In this document: in pieces, positions 48,032-58,381 of the stretch
How the letters are laid out: each line of letters begins with the position of its first letter
Position numbering within the stretch: the first letter of the stretch is position 1
Source: an uncultured Candidatus Binatia bacterium
GTDB taxonomy: Bacteria; Desulfobacterota; Binatia; UBA9968; CAXXLF01
Direction of reading: 5' to 3'
DNA length: 64,000 bases
NCBI GenBank assembly: GCA_965218425.1
Contig: OZ244621.1
Location: forward strand, 288,001 to 352,000
The notes under the pieces: generated by a model
Seen by the model: the letters and a program-made list of their open reading frames with translations, nothing else
Database searches by the model: none
What the model was told of the DNA's origin: nothing
Made by a program: the position numbers and the translations under genes

Positions 48032-49159
48032 TTATCTCCTCTTCCTCTCTGCCAAGGCTGAATTAATAATTTTTACGATGGGTTTCATCTCACGACGACC
48101 TGGAACGTCTAGATCAATATATTGAACACCCTCCATTCGTCGCCTGTTTGCTCGAACAATGTCCTTCGGAATATCGACGCGTAGGGAATCCTGGGCATCC
48201 CCCCCAATGTCAACCCCTGTCTCCATGAAAGCCATCTGTCCTTCGCGCGACAGGAGCCAGTTAATAAAAACTTTTGCTGCATTGGGGTGCGCTGCCCTGT
48301 TTACCAAAGCGAGGGTGCTACCCAGTGAAACCAGCCCTGCCCCCTCTTTCATCATGCTAAACTCTTCTACCGGTAGCCCTTGGCGCTTGGCTGTTGATAT
48401 ACCCGAACAGGCAAAACAGATAGCGTATCTGCCCTGGGCCAACCAATCCGTCCCCTGGCGGAAACTGGTAAAAAGCGTTATATCCATTTCGCCAAATAGC
48501 CGTTTTATGAATTCGGGCCCAATCTTCGGATTGTGATAAAAAAACCGAAGGGCCCCGTTGCCCGGTCCGGGCCGCCTCGCATCCCGCGCCCCGATCTTCC
48601 CCCTCCATTTGGGTTTTAGCAAATCCCATACGGACTTGATTTCTTTCGAATCCACAAGCTTGGTGTTGTAAGAAAGACTTCCTAACTGGGGTGCGCCAAC
48701 CACGCGAAACACATACCGACCCCGATCGTCCAGATAATGGTGTCTGCCCTGCCACCATAGAGATTGGTCAACCACCTCGGGCAACATCAGTGCAGGCTTA
48801 ATGGGATCAAACGCCTTGCCCCTCTTATGTAAAACCAAATAATTCGAGTTGAACCCTTCCATGCTTACATCGGCGAGAAACTTTCGAGCCCTCCGTTCCG
48901 CGAGAATGCGCTGCGCAACCATGCCTCCCCGTCCCTGAAAAACCACCGTTTTGATTTCAGGGAATCTCTTCCGGAACCGAGCTGCCAGTAAATGAGCATT
49001 GGTGTTGTAATTGTAAAAGTTAACCTGGCCTTCCTTTTTGGCAGCCGCTACTGTTTTTTCCCACTTCGCCTTCCAGCCAGGCTCGCCTTGCCCCGCAACC
49101 ACCGTGCCCGCCACCGGCATGAATAGAAAAGCTAAAAGCAATTGAGCCATCAAAACCAT
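48032..49159 (-). CDS. ABC extracellular solute-binding protein
   Basis: Signal peptide; AAKKEGQV; HPNAAKVFINWLLSREGQ. Confidence 0.9.
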   Translation of the reverse strand: MVLMAQLLLAFLFMPVAGTVVAGQGEPGWKAKWEKTVAAAKKEGQVNFYNYNTNAHLLAARFRKRFPEIKTVVFQGRGGMVAQRILAERRARKFLADVSMEGFNSNYLVLHKRGKAFDPIKPALMLPEVVDQSLWWQGRHHYLDDRGRYVFRVVGAPQLGSLSYNTKLVDSKEIKSVWDLLKPKWRGKIGARDARRPGPGNGALRFFYHNPKIGPEFIKRLFGEMDITLFTSFRQGTDWLAQGRYAICFACSGISTAKRQGLPVEEFSMMKEGAGLVSLGSTLALVNRAAHPNAAKVFINWLLSREGQMAFMETGVDIGGDAQDSLRVDIPKDIVRANRRRMEGVQYIDLDVPGRREMKPIVKIINSALAERKRR

Positions 49160-49178
49160 ACTGTCGTCTCCTTTCCGC

Positions 49179-50453
49179 CTATTTCTCCCTCTTTAACTGG
49201 ATGCGACCCTCTAACCCCTTGATATATTCCTTCCAAGGTTGTGAATTTGGAACCTGGTCACTACAGGCATCGATTAAAAAATAATTCGCTTTGGGGTCAC
49301 GAACCACGTTTGTCGGTTCTCGACCCTCCTGGAGATCTCTTATGGCTTTCAACAGAACCTTGCGGGCGGCCACCACCGGGATATCCTGTGAGGTCAAATG
49401 CTCCTTCGTCCTGTCCTGCACATAACCCATTCCCTCCGTTACACACAGATCCTGGACCTGGAAGTTAAGGCCTATACCGCTATAGACTTTGCCCTTCATG
49501 GATTGGTTATCCTGCATGTACCGATTGCCCCGGTGACGCTTGGGCCTGTAGTCCGGTGTCATCTCAGCACGTTGCCTCCTCGTCGCCTCCATTCCAATGG
49601 GTCCTTTCCGACTAAAGATGAACGTATACTTCCAGTGGTGCTCATCATCGATGGGCACGTGCCAATTGACCGCATAGGTTCCCTCAGCCGCGTACTGCCC
49701 TCCGAAGAAACAGGTAAAACTAGGGAGGACAAACTCCGTCATATAAAGGTGATATTTATCAGGGTCCGCGAGCCGCCGAATCTTGTAGCTCCTGACACCG
49801 TACTCTGTTAACTCGGCATCATAGGATTCCATCTCCGGAGCCGCGCCTCGGCGGTTTAGGCCGTCGTCACCCAGCGTGCCGGGCTCAGCGCGAGTCGAAT
49901 TATAATGCAAGAAGGAAAGATGGGTAAGATCAATATTTCCTTCATTGCCCTGCAAGTAATTGCAGTCACTGAAGAGCTTGATGACAAATGCCCGATCACT
50001 TGGAGCAGCGAGAAATTCATAGTTTGGAAACAAGGGCGGGTTGCCTGGACCCATGTAGGTAAAGACAGCGCCTGCGTGTTCCTCGCAGGGATAGGCAAGG
50101 TGACGAATAGAACTCTTATGTTCGCCTCCACCGGGTTCACCGGGCTGATCGAGACACCGGCCGTGAATGTCGTAGAGCCAACCGTGATAGATACACCGAA
50201 GGCCCCCATCTTCCACCCGGCCATAACTCAAGTCTGCGCCGCGGTGGGAGCAATGAATGCCAAGCAACCCCGGCTTGCCCGCATCATCACGGAACAATAC
50301 CAGATCCTCCCCCAGCAATCGTACGGGCACGGGGGCGCCCCCCAGCGGCAACTCTTCGGAAAGCGCCGCCGGTATCCAGTACCGCCGCATGAGATCTCCG
50401 CAAGGTGTCCCCGGGCTCACCTTTGTCAACAGTCTGTTTTCTTCTTCCGTCAT
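49179..50453 (-). CDS. Rieske non-heme iron oxygenase (phthalate 4,5-dioxygenase/LigX-like alpha subunit)
   Basis: CSHRG..CIYHGW Rieske ligands; EGNIDLTHLSFLH; GTP.G..MRRYW N-terminus. Confidence 0.92.
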   Translation of the reverse strand: MTEEENRLLTKVSPGTPCGDLMRRYWIPAALSEELPLGGAPVPVRLLGEDLVLFRDDAGKPGLLGIHCSHRGADLSYGRVEDGGLRCIYHGWLYDIHGRCLDQPGEPGGGEHKSSIRHLAYPCEEHAGAVFTYMGPGNPPLFPNYEFLAAPSDRAFVIKLFSDCNYLQGNEGNIDLTHLSFLHYNSTRAEPGTLGDDGLNRRGAAPEMESYDAELTEYGVRSYKIRRLADPDKYHLYMTEFVLPSFTCFFGGQYAAEGTYAVNWHVPIDDEHHWKYTFIFSRKGPIGMEATRRQRAEMTPDYRPKRHRGNRYMQDNQSMKGKVYSGIGLNFQVQDLCVTEGMGYVQDRTKEHLTSQDIPVVAARKVLLKAIRDLQEGREPTNVVRDPKANYFLIDACSDQVPNSQPWKEYIKGLEGRIQLKREK

Positions 50454-50503
50454 GATGACACCTACCTAAACAATTCGCACCTTAGGATGATCCCGTCCAA
50501 AAA

Positions 50504-51700
50504 TTACCTATTTCGCCGCGCTTTGGCATCGGCCAGGGCTTTTTTGTAAATCTTGAGAACGGGCTTCATATCGATCACTTCCGGATTGAACAGCTCGATA
50601 TACTCCACACCCTCGATGCGCCGGTCCTCCGGTAAGATCCGATCCTTAGGAACATCGAGCCTGAGGGAGTTCGGGACATCATTACCGGACCGGCCATAGG
50701 AATTTTGAAAGGTGGTTTGCCCCTCCCGAGAAAGAAACCAGTTGATGAAAACCTTTGCGGCATTAGGATGGGGCGCTTTATCCAACATAACAATTGAATG
50801 TCCCTTATCAGCGAGCCCGGCTCCTTCCTTCATCAGTCCCATCGTATCCACCGGAAGCCCTTGACGTTTAGCCCTGGTGATCCCGCTGCAGAAAAAGCAT
50901 AGGTGAAACTTGCCATTGATAAGCCAGTCGGGACCCTGACGGGGGTTTCGGAACAGGGTTATATCCATCTCCGTGTAGAGACGACGGATAAATTCTGGCC
51001 CTATTTTCGGGTGATGATAGTAAAACCGCATGGCCCCACTGCCTGGGCCCGGGGTGCTGATGTCCCGAGCCTCCATTTTCCCTTTCCATTTAGGGTCCAA
51101 CAGATCCCAGGGGGATTTAATTTTTTTCGGGTTTACTAGCTTCGAGTTATACGAAAGGGACCCGTATTGAGGCTCCCCCACATAGACAAATACGTATTTG
51201 CCCTCGGGATCGGCATAGTAATGCTTTTTATGCCACCAATTGGTTCGATCGAGGACTTCGGGAAGGACCAGAACAGGTTTTACGGGAGCCAAGATTTTAG
51301 CTGGATAGAACAATGTAGCGTTGGGATTGACACCGTGCGTGATGACGTCAGCCAGATACTTTCCAGCCCTTCGCTCCGTTAGGATGCGCTGCTCGATTTG
51401 ACCTCGCCGACCTGCAACTCCAACGACTCTGATTCCAGGATAACGCTTTTGAAATACGCCTGCATCCAATACGGAAATGGTGCTCCACATATAAACGTTC
51501 ACCTGGCCCTCTTTTTTCGCGGCTTGCACCGTCTTTTCCCAATCCTGTTGCCAGCTCTGCGTTCTCCCCTGGGCCTGGGCCACACCGATTTCCACAGTCA
51601 GTTGAACCATGAGTACGCCAAGGCTCAACAACCCAAGGCAACAAATATAAGCGCCGCAGAAAAAAGAGCCTGCGATGATCTTTCTCTTCGTCATGGTCAT
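50504..51700 (-). CDS. ABC extracellular solute-binding protein (close paralog of 48032-49159)
   Basis: AAKKEGQV; KIGPEFIRRL; HPNAAKVFINWFLSREGQ; GGAGG RBS. Confidence 0.9.
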   Translation of the reverse strand: MTMTKRKIIAGSFFCGAYICCLGLLSLGVLMVQLTVEIGVAQAQGRTQSWQQDWEKTVQAAKKEGQVNVYMWSTISVLDAGVFQKRYPGIRVVGVAGRRGQIEQRILTERRAGKYLADVITHGVNPNATLFYPAKILAPVKPVLVLPEVLDRTNWWHKKHYYADPEGKYVFVYVGEPQYGSLSYNSKLVNPKKIKSPWDLLDPKWKGKMEARDISTPGPGSGAMRFYYHHPKIGPEFIRRLYTEMDITLFRNPRQGPDWLINGKFHLCFFCSGITRAKRQGLPVDTMGLMKEGAGLADKGHSIVMLDKAPHPNAAKVFINWFLSREGQTTFQNSYGRSGNDVPNSLRLDVPKDRILPEDRRIEGVEYIELFNPEVIDMKPVLKIYKKALADAKARRNR

Positions 51701-51725
51701 GCCTCCTATGCGGTCATGGTTGGGA

Positions 51726-53354
51726 CTAGTCCTCTCCAACCATTTTTTTCGTGATCGGTTGCTGTCGTTGGGCCATCTTCTCGCCCACTTCCAAATACTT
51801 CCCTTCCGTCATGAGCTTTGCGGTGCGGCTGTCCTCCTCACTCCAAACGCCTAACTCGTAGCCGTGCCAGGGTTCCTTGAGCTTAGGTTGCGGCAGGTCC
51901 TCATGACGTCTCCACAGCTCCAATGCATGCTCCATGTACTGCTTTGCCGGCAGAGCAACCGGCGGGTAATCCCATTTTCGCGTCGCATTTATCAAGCTCT
52001 TCCCATATTGGTACCGCACCAACCTGGACTCCATCCGGCCGTGGCCCGTACCCGGAGGCGACCCTGATGGATCCAATCCGGGACCCCGACCGTATACCAT
52101 CTGCATATCGGCCTCGGGCCTGACCCGGTAAGTCATGGCCCACAATAATCCCTCGGGGTCACGGATGTTGATGTCCTCATCCACCACCACGATGAATTTG
52201 CTCCCCGTCAGACCCGAAGCGGCCTGGAGCACGGACCACGGGTTAACCCCTCTTCGCTTTTGCAGCCTGATAGTGCAGAAGTCGGCGGCTCCTGCGCTTT
52301 CCAGGAAATGAACATCCTCCACCGGAAATCCGGCGCCGTAACGGAGGTGGTGATAAAGCATGGCCTCATGGGCAAATCCCCAAACCGTGTTGGTGTCGCT
52401 GGGAAAGAACCCCACAGTCACAGGGGTAAAAATAGCATTGCTGCGGTGCGTTATGGCGGTTACCTGGAAGACCGGCCGGTAATTTTCCTCCATGTTGAGA
52501 TACCCGGGGTACTCTCCAAAGGGAGTGCGAGGTTCTGCTGTTTCGGTGGACATTAACCCTTCAATGACAATCTCAGCCGTGGCAGGCACCTCCAAGGGTA
52601 TGGTCTTGCAACGGACAAGCTCCAGCGGTGCGCCGGTGATTCCTCCGGCCACCGCCAGTTCGTCAAGACCATAGGGAATGCGCGCGGACCCCACGGTCAT
52701 AACCACTGGAGTCGCCCCCACCACAATGGCCAAGGGCAGCGGCTCTTTACGCTGTCGAGCCTTGGACCAGTGATGGACCATGGCGTCATGAATGGACCCA
52801 ATGGCCGCCACCATCCGATCCCGTGCACGCAAAAACCCGTTATAGGTACCCACATTACGCACGCCTGTCTCCGGGTCCTTGGTAAACATGGGGGTTCCCG
52901 TTCGTAACATACCGCTAAAGCCGGGTTCTTCCACTGGTATGGGCAATTCATCCAAACCCAACTCCGTCAACTCTGCTCCGGTGTGAACCTCTTCATGAAC
53001 GGGCCCGCTGTCGACGATCACCGGCTCCAGGGGATGCATGAGCCCTTGGTGCCAGCGCTCCAGTGCCTCTTTAATGTCCTGGCACCCCAAGCCCCAAATC
53101 ACGAAATCCTTTGATGCACCGTAGACCCCCGCCGCCACCCGCATGTTGTACCGATTCCCGTTGACTCCTCTAACGTCTTCAAAAAGGAGGACCCGCCGAT
53201 CTCCATCCTCAAATCCACGCATTTGAACTCGGAATAGCGGCAGGAGATCCGTTTCCTTGCTCACGGGTTCGGTAAAACTGTACAACCGTCCCCGTCGCCT
53301 GACTTCACCCAAAAATTCCCGCAAGTCTTTGTAATCGGCCATTACTTTTCCCAT
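51726..53354 (-). CDS. UbiD family protein with atypical active-site residues
   Basis: Collinear with 41996-43603, but NVGTYN replaces N.G.YR and RTPFGE replaces EGPFGE. Confidence 0.9.
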   Translation of the reverse strand: MGKVMADYKDLREFLGEVRRRGRLYSFTEPVSKETDLLPLFRVQMRGFEDGDRRVLLFEDVRGVNGNRYNMRVAAGVYGASKDFVIWGLGCQDIKEALERWHQGLMHPLEPVIVDSGPVHEEVHTGAELTELGLDELPIPVEEPGFSGMLRTGTPMFTKDPETGVRNVGTYNGFLRARDRMVAAIGSIHDAMVHHWSKARQRKEPLPLAIVVGATPVVMTVGSARIPYGLDELAVAGGITGAPLELVRCKTIPLEVPATAEIVIEGLMSTETAEPRTPFGEYPGYLNMEENYRPVFQVTAITHRSNAIFTPVTVGFFPSDTNTVWGFAHEAMLYHHLRYGAGFPVEDVHFLESAGAADFCTIRLQKRRGVNPWSVLQAASGLTGSKFIVVVDEDINIRDPEGLLWAMTYRVRPEADMQMVYGRGPGLDPSGSPPGTGHGRMESRLVRYQYGKSLINATRKWDYPPVALPAKQYMEHALELWRRHEDLPQPKLKEPWHGYELGVWSEEDSRTAKLMTEGKYLEVGEKMAQRQQPITKKMVGED

Positions 53355-53382
53355 TCCCCCCTGCTCTTACCCAGGTCCTTGG

Positions 53383-54819
53383 TCAGCGCAATTTAAGGAC
53401 ATCGCCCCATTTTTTACGAGCCTGCTCGCGCATCTCGGGGCTAAACAGGTTTACCGGGGGAAGTTCTTTGAGCAATTTGTAGGGCCGGCAAGCGTTAATG
53501 ATCATTCTTGAAAAGGGATAAGTTCCCTTCTTTTTTCGCTCCTCGATCACTAATGACGGATTAAATACCCAACTCGTCTTGATGGTGTTCACATTGACGC
53601 CCGTGGCAGGGTCACATCGAGTCCCAACCGCCCACAGGACATCCTTGGCATCGTCAATGTCGACATCCTCGTCCACCATGATGAACACCCGCTGGGGTAT
53701 GGGGAAGCTGGACACGGATTCGATGATCTGTTCCGTGTGTTCTTCGTTCTTCTGCCGAATCTGAATGACCGTCGCCCCTACATTCGCCAGGTCTCGAATC
53801 GCAAGGATACCACCGATGCCCGCCCGTTCGAGACGAGTCCATAGACCCGTTACCACCCTCATGGGTAGGGGCGCAGCGTAGTGGCCCTGGACAGGTTTGA
53901 AAGGCGGAGCACCCAGGAGTATGGGTTTATTGCGGTGGTAGAGTCGCTTGACGCGCACAATGGGCTCGGGCACCATGCTCCCCATGTAATAACCGGTATA
54001 TTCCCCAAAGGGACCTTCCCCGCGACTCTCCGTTTGCGGCGGCGGGACTTCCCCCTCAATGGCGATCTCGGCTGTGGCAGGAATGGGCAACCCCGTGAGC
54101 TTTCCTTGGATTACCTCCACGGGCTCACCTCTCAAAAATCCCGCATACTCGTATTCAGGGACGCCAGAGGGCGCGCCGAGGCGACCCGAGGACGTGAGAA
54201 AAAGGATGGGTTCACAACCGAAGGTCGCCGCCAAGGGGGCTGCTTGCCCTCTCTCCCAGTACTTCCGAACAATCTTGGTTCCGTCGTTGCCGATCCCTTG
54301 ATAGATGCCCGTAGTGGTGGCATCGTGAAGCTGGAGCCTGTAGGTCCCCACGTTGATCCGGCCATCGTCCGGATCCTTCAGGATGATGCAATCGCCAGTG
54401 CCTATGTACCGCCCCCCATCCCGCTCATGCCATCGGGGAACGGGAAATTGAAGCAGATCAATCTCCTTACCACTTTTTTCATTTTCCAGGAGGGGCCCCT
54501 GCTGGACGGTCACCGGAGGCAGTCCCTTGTAACCCGTATAACGCTTCTTCCAACTGCTCATGGCTTCGCCCAGGGATTGACGCGGGTCCCACTCCAGAGC
54601 CATCAGGGCGCGTCGCTGGGTGCTGCACAGGTTGCTCACCACGGTATAATCGGAAGAGTGATCTGGGATGTTCTCGAACAGGAGCGCAGGTCCCTGCTGT
54701 TCAAAGGAAAGCTCAGAGATGACCCCCATCTCTAAATCCCAATGGGCCCCCGAAACTCGTTTGAGCTCTCCCGCTTGTTCCAGCTTTGCCAAAAAATCAC
54801 GCAAGTCTCTGAAAGGCAT
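53383..54819 (-). CDS. UbiD family prFMN-dependent (de)carboxylase
   Basis: PALLFENI, DGGRYIGTG, NVGTYR, EGPFGEYTGYY, VDEDVD. Confidence 0.93.
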   Translation of the reverse strand: MPFRDLRDFLAKLEQAGELKRVSGAHWDLEMGVISELSFEQQGPALLFENIPDHSSDYTVVSNLCSTQRRALMALEWDPRQSLGEAMSSWKKRYTGYKGLPPVTVQQGPLLENEKSGKEIDLLQFPVPRWHERDGGRYIGTGDCIILKDPDDGRINVGTYRLQLHDATTTGIYQGIGNDGTKIVRKYWERGQAAPLAATFGCEPILFLTSSGRLGAPSGVPEYEYAGFLRGEPVEVIQGKLTGLPIPATAEIAIEGEVPPPQTESRGEGPFGEYTGYYMGSMVPEPIVRVKRLYHRNKPILLGAPPFKPVQGHYAAPLPMRVVTGLWTRLERAGIGGILAIRDLANVGATVIQIRQKNEEHTEQIIESVSSFPIPQRVFIMVDEDVDIDDAKDVLWAVGTRCDPATGVNVNTIKTSWVFNPSLVIEERKKKGTYPFSRMIINACRPYKLLKELPPVNLFSPEMREQARKKWGDVLKLR

Positions 54820-54841
54820 GCTTCCTCCCTCTGGTCAAACA

Positions 54842-55954
54842 TTAGGCAGCCGGCATTGACGAAGCAATCCCGTCTCGTGTGAGGGCTTCCTCATACTCGC
54901 GTCGAATGGTCGGGTCCTCGTCCTTGTATTCGATCATGGTGCCCCCGTCTTTCACACTCACAAAGCCGCCATAATCTTTTCCGTGCCGAGTCAGGAACGA
55001 ATGGAACCCCACCACATGGTCCACGCTGCCCCATCGCAACGCAAGCTGTTTTGCCGGGACGGGACCCGTGTTGAAATGCTGGTGGAACCAGCCCGTTCCC
55101 GGACTAAAGACGCTCCCCGCTCGCCATGGAACTTTGACCACCTGATCGCCATGACCGTCCTCATAGGGGTGGATGCCCAATTCCCGAGGCCACATGAGCG
55201 TGTAACCATTGGAGCGTACAATGAACAGCACCGCCCCACCCCCGTGGTAGTGCGCCTTGTGGTATTTTCCCACTGGCCATTCGGCCATGTGTCCTCCCAA
55301 GGCGTTACCCGCCATTTGAAAGGAGGTAATACCAACCCCCGCGCCCTTTTGTTCCCGGCTATCAACCATGGACTCCCACACATTGGGAATGAAATTGGTC
55401 CGCCACGACACTCCCAGGCCGCCTTCGCTCGTCTCACGCTTACCCACCTTGAAGTAGCCCTCCTGACTGTCGTACCTGTCCGCAAACTTATGGTCACAAC
55501 CAAAAATAAACCCGTTGTTGTGAATCACATCCATCATCAAGGGGGCGTTGGTTAGCGCCAGGTAAAGGGCAGGTTCATTGGTTCCATTGTAGAGACGATG
55601 CCAGGTATTCAGTGGGGGAGAAAAAACCGATCCTTTTTCCCATTCGAAGTGCTGGGGGCGCTCCCCTTGCCACCAGACCTCTGTGGATCCTTTCCCCTGA
55701 AGAATAAAGATTAACTCCTCGTAGAAGTGCTTCTCGGGCTCCAAGACTCCCCCGGGCGGGATCTCAGCCACATAAAGGCCGGTCTTTCCTTCCATCCCCT
55801 GCAAATGAATAAATGTTCCCTTGCCCCCCAGACGCTTCCAAGGCTCGCGAGGAAGAGCGGCAACGTCTTCCACCCCATGACCCTCAATAACCGGTACGCC
55901 TTCCTCACGCATCCAACTTTCGTAAGTCGTTAGTCTCCGCCCTTGCGCTTCCAT
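54842..55954 (-). CDS. Bicupin protein (gentisate 1,2-dioxygenase-like fold)
   Basis: EKHFYEE..WH and YHKAHYH..WFHQHFN. Confidence 0.8.
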   Translation of the reverse strand: MEAQGRRLTTYESWMREEGVPVIEGHGVEDVAALPREPWKRLGGKGTFIHLQGMEGKTGLYVAEIPPGGVLEPEKHFYEELIFILQGKGSTEVWWQGERPQHFEWEKGSVFSPPLNTWHRLYNGTNEPALYLALTNAPLMMDVIHNNGFIFGCDHKFADRYDSQEGYFKVGKRETSEGGLGVSWRTNFIPNVWESMVDSREQKGAGVGITSFQMAGNALGGHMAEWPVGKYHKAHYHGGGAVLFIVRSNGYTLMWPRELGIHPYEDGHGDQVVKVPWRAGSVFSPGTGWFHQHFNTGPVPAKQLALRWGSVDHVVGFHSFLTRHGKDYGGFVSVKDGGTMIEYKDEDPTIRREYEEALTRDGIASSMPAA

Positions 55955-56009
55955 GATTTATTACTCCTCATTCACGAATTCTGGTTTGAGCCCAATGTGA
56001 ACTACAATC

Positions 56010-56867
56010 CTATGAGCTGTAGAAATCCGCCATCAACTTACCCACCAGCTCGGGCTGGTCGTTCTGTACCTGGTGCCCAGCCTTGTCCACGTACTGGAAC
56101 TTGAAATTGGGCAGGAGCTTTTCCAATTGGCGACCGAGTTCCACGGGGGCAAATTTATCCTGCTCACCCCAGATAAACATGGCCGGAATGGTCAACTTCG
56201 GGAGCGTATGGGTCATATCGTACTTGAGACGCATATTAGGATCCTGGGTTAACTTCTGCATTCCTTCCTGAAACATCCGGCGGGATTCTGCCGCCCCCGC
56301 ACGATTGGCCGCGTCGTTTCGTAGCTTCACCAGCTCGTCGGTGACCTTTGATTTATCGTATACCAAGACTTCCAACATGCGCCGCATGGACTCCTGGCTT
56401 CCATCATAGGCTCGCAACGCCCGCATCCCCTCCGTTTCGGCGTGTTTGAGACCCATGGCCGTAGAAATGGTGCCACTGGCAACGAGCAGCAACTTCTTTA
56501 CCCGGTCAGGATGCTGCAACGCGTATTTAGCTGCCACCCAGGCCCCTTGGGAATTGCCGGACAGGCAGATCCGATCGAGGCAGAGGGTATCCATGAAAGC
56601 TTCCAGTTGATCCACCCGAGACTGAACGCCTTCCGTGCAAGGATAATAGGGATCTGTATTTCCGTAGCCTCCGACACTATCCACCGCATACACACGAAAC
56701 TTCTTACTCAGTTCCCGCATGACCGGGGCAAAACCTGCTTCTCCAGAAGATCCAGCTCCTCCTCCATGGCACAACACCACCGGCGGCCCACTCTCCCCAG
56801 CCTCCGAATAGTGCGTCTTGATCCTCCTAGCCATCACATAACTAGAACGTAACGACGAATCAGCCAT
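56010..56867 (-). CDS. Alpha/beta hydrolase (MhpC/BphD-like C-C hydrolase candidate)
   Basis: HGGGAG, GNSQG nucleophile, WGEQD, AGHQVQ; start after AAGGAGGAG. Confidence 0.85.
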   Translation of the reverse strand: MADSSLRSSYVMARRIKTHYSEAGESGPPVVLCHGGGAGSSGEAGFAPVMRELSKKFRVYAVDSVGGYGNTDPYYPCTEGVQSRVDQLEAFMDTLCLDRICLSGNSQGAWVAAKYALQHPDRVKKLLLVASGTISTAMGLKHAETEGMRALRAYDGSQESMRRMLEVLVYDKSKVTDELVKLRNDAANRAGAAESRRMFQEGMQKLTQDPNMRLKYDMTHTLPKLTIPAMFIWGEQDKFAPVELGRQLEKLLPNFKFQYVDKAGHQVQNDQPELVGKLMADFYSS

Positions 56868-56934
56868 ACAACACTCCTCCTTATAATAAATACAGACTTG
56901 AGATAATTCCGTAATGCTGTGTTCTGGAAAAATA

Positions 56935-57816
56935 TTACCAAAACCGCCTTTTATACGAATCGATGAGAACCTCATCCGGCTGGCGGGAAAGAAATTCAAT
57001 CAACACTCTGTTAAATTCCTCCGGCTGCTCGAATTGCGGCCAGTGGGCAGCTTTGTCCAGCAATACAAAACGCGATCCCGGCACGGTTTGATGGACCTTC
57101 TCCGCTACCTGCCAAGGACAGGTGGGATTGTGGGTGGTCCAGAAAAACAAGATGGGTGCCTTTAACCTTGGAATCTTCTCGATCAGACCGTAGGTTCGTC
57201 CTCCCCCCGACCGCGCTCCCTCCTCCTCCGGCTCCTCCTTCGGGCGGGTATAAATTTTCAGTCTCACGTCCACCAGCTCATCGGGTAACGTCTTTGGATC
57301 ATAGAACAGCCATTCCATCCTCTTGCGTATGGTTTCGAAAGTTGGGTTGGTCGAAGCTTCCCGGGTCAATTCCTGGAAGCGGTTCATGCCTGCGGTGTAC
57401 CCATGCTCTCCCGAGGGGATCCCTCCCACGATGAGACCCAACCGGTCCACCCGTTCGGGGTGCTCATGGGCCAACAGTACGGATATTTGCCCGCCCATTG
57501 ACTCTCCAACCAGATGGGCCTTTTCAACCCCGACTGCATCCATAAAGTTAATCAGGTGCTTACAAAAATCATCCAAATTGCGGCTCATTCCCCTGGGAAT
57601 GTCCGTATATCCATGGCCAAGGTAATCGATGGCTAAGACGCGAAAATGTTTTGAGAGGGGCATGACGTTGCGCACCCAGGTCTCTGCATGCCCGCCGCCC
57701 CCATGGAGCAGAATCACGGGAGGCCCCGTGCCCGCCTCAAAGCAACGGGTACGAACGCCTCCCGCCATGTAGTATTTCTCTAAAGGTACGAATGCCTCTA
57801 ACTCTTTTGAAAACAT
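56935..57816 (-). CDS. Alpha/beta hydrolase (meta-cleavage product hydrolase-like)
   Basis: LHGGGGHAE, GESMGG, WTTHNP, AAHWPQFE. Confidence 0.85.
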   Translation of the reverse strand: MFSKELEAFVPLEKYYMAGGVRTRCFEAGTGPPVILLHGGGGHAETWVRNVMPLSKHFRVLAIDYLGHGYTDIPRGMSRNLDDFCKHLINFMDAVGVEKAHLVGESMGGQISVLLAHEHPERVDRLGLIVGGIPSGEHGYTAGMNRFQELTREASTNPTFETIRKRMEWLFYDPKTLPDELVDVRLKIYTRPKEEPEEEGARSGGGRTYGLIEKIPRLKAPILFFWTTHNPTCPWQVAEKVHQTVPGSRFVLLDKAAHWPQFEQPEEFNRVLIEFLSRQPDEVLIDSYKRRFW

Positions 57817-58381
57817 GATCCTCTCCTATCAGTAATGGGCAAAAGATTAAACCCTAATCCGGCACCAGCGGCCGAAATCAATCTGTTATTTGTCTGGATT
57901 TCTGATATGATAATGGGCGCAATAAATCGAGATTTCTCCCTCCAATAGTCGGCGTGGCCTCAGAAGTCAAGCTCTACCAGGTGCCGAGAATGCTGAGTCC
58001 ATAAGTCTCGGAACAGACCGACTGACAGGAATAATGACCTGATGTTTATATCGCGCAGGCATTTGTAGGCTTATTCCCCAGACGCCGGCCTACGGGAGGG
58101 GGATACGAACGGAAACGGGTGCTGGCCACCGCCAAAATAAGATGGGCGGCCGATGGCCTGCGCCAGCTAAAGCTATGACTCCACCTTATGATCGTGCCGC
58201 TGCGACCCTATCCAAAGGACACCCACCAAAAAGTTTATTAGGCGGTTGATCAAGGAAAAGAGAAAAACTTAAACAGCAAGGATCTTCATAGAAGGAACCG
58301 CCAGGCCCTGAATCTGCAAGTTACCGCTAGAGGGGAAAATCAGGCAAGGGTTTAAACAACTCCGGCAAAGGGCTTCGAGTT

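Noticed and set aside
53881..54735. Long antisense or alternate-frame ORFs (also 25722-26588 and 49905-50549)
   Set aside because: Shadows of well-supported genes in GC-rich DNA
57817..58381. Long intergenic gap as ncRNA or gene
   Set aside because: No recognisable motif, repeat or credible ORF found by eye
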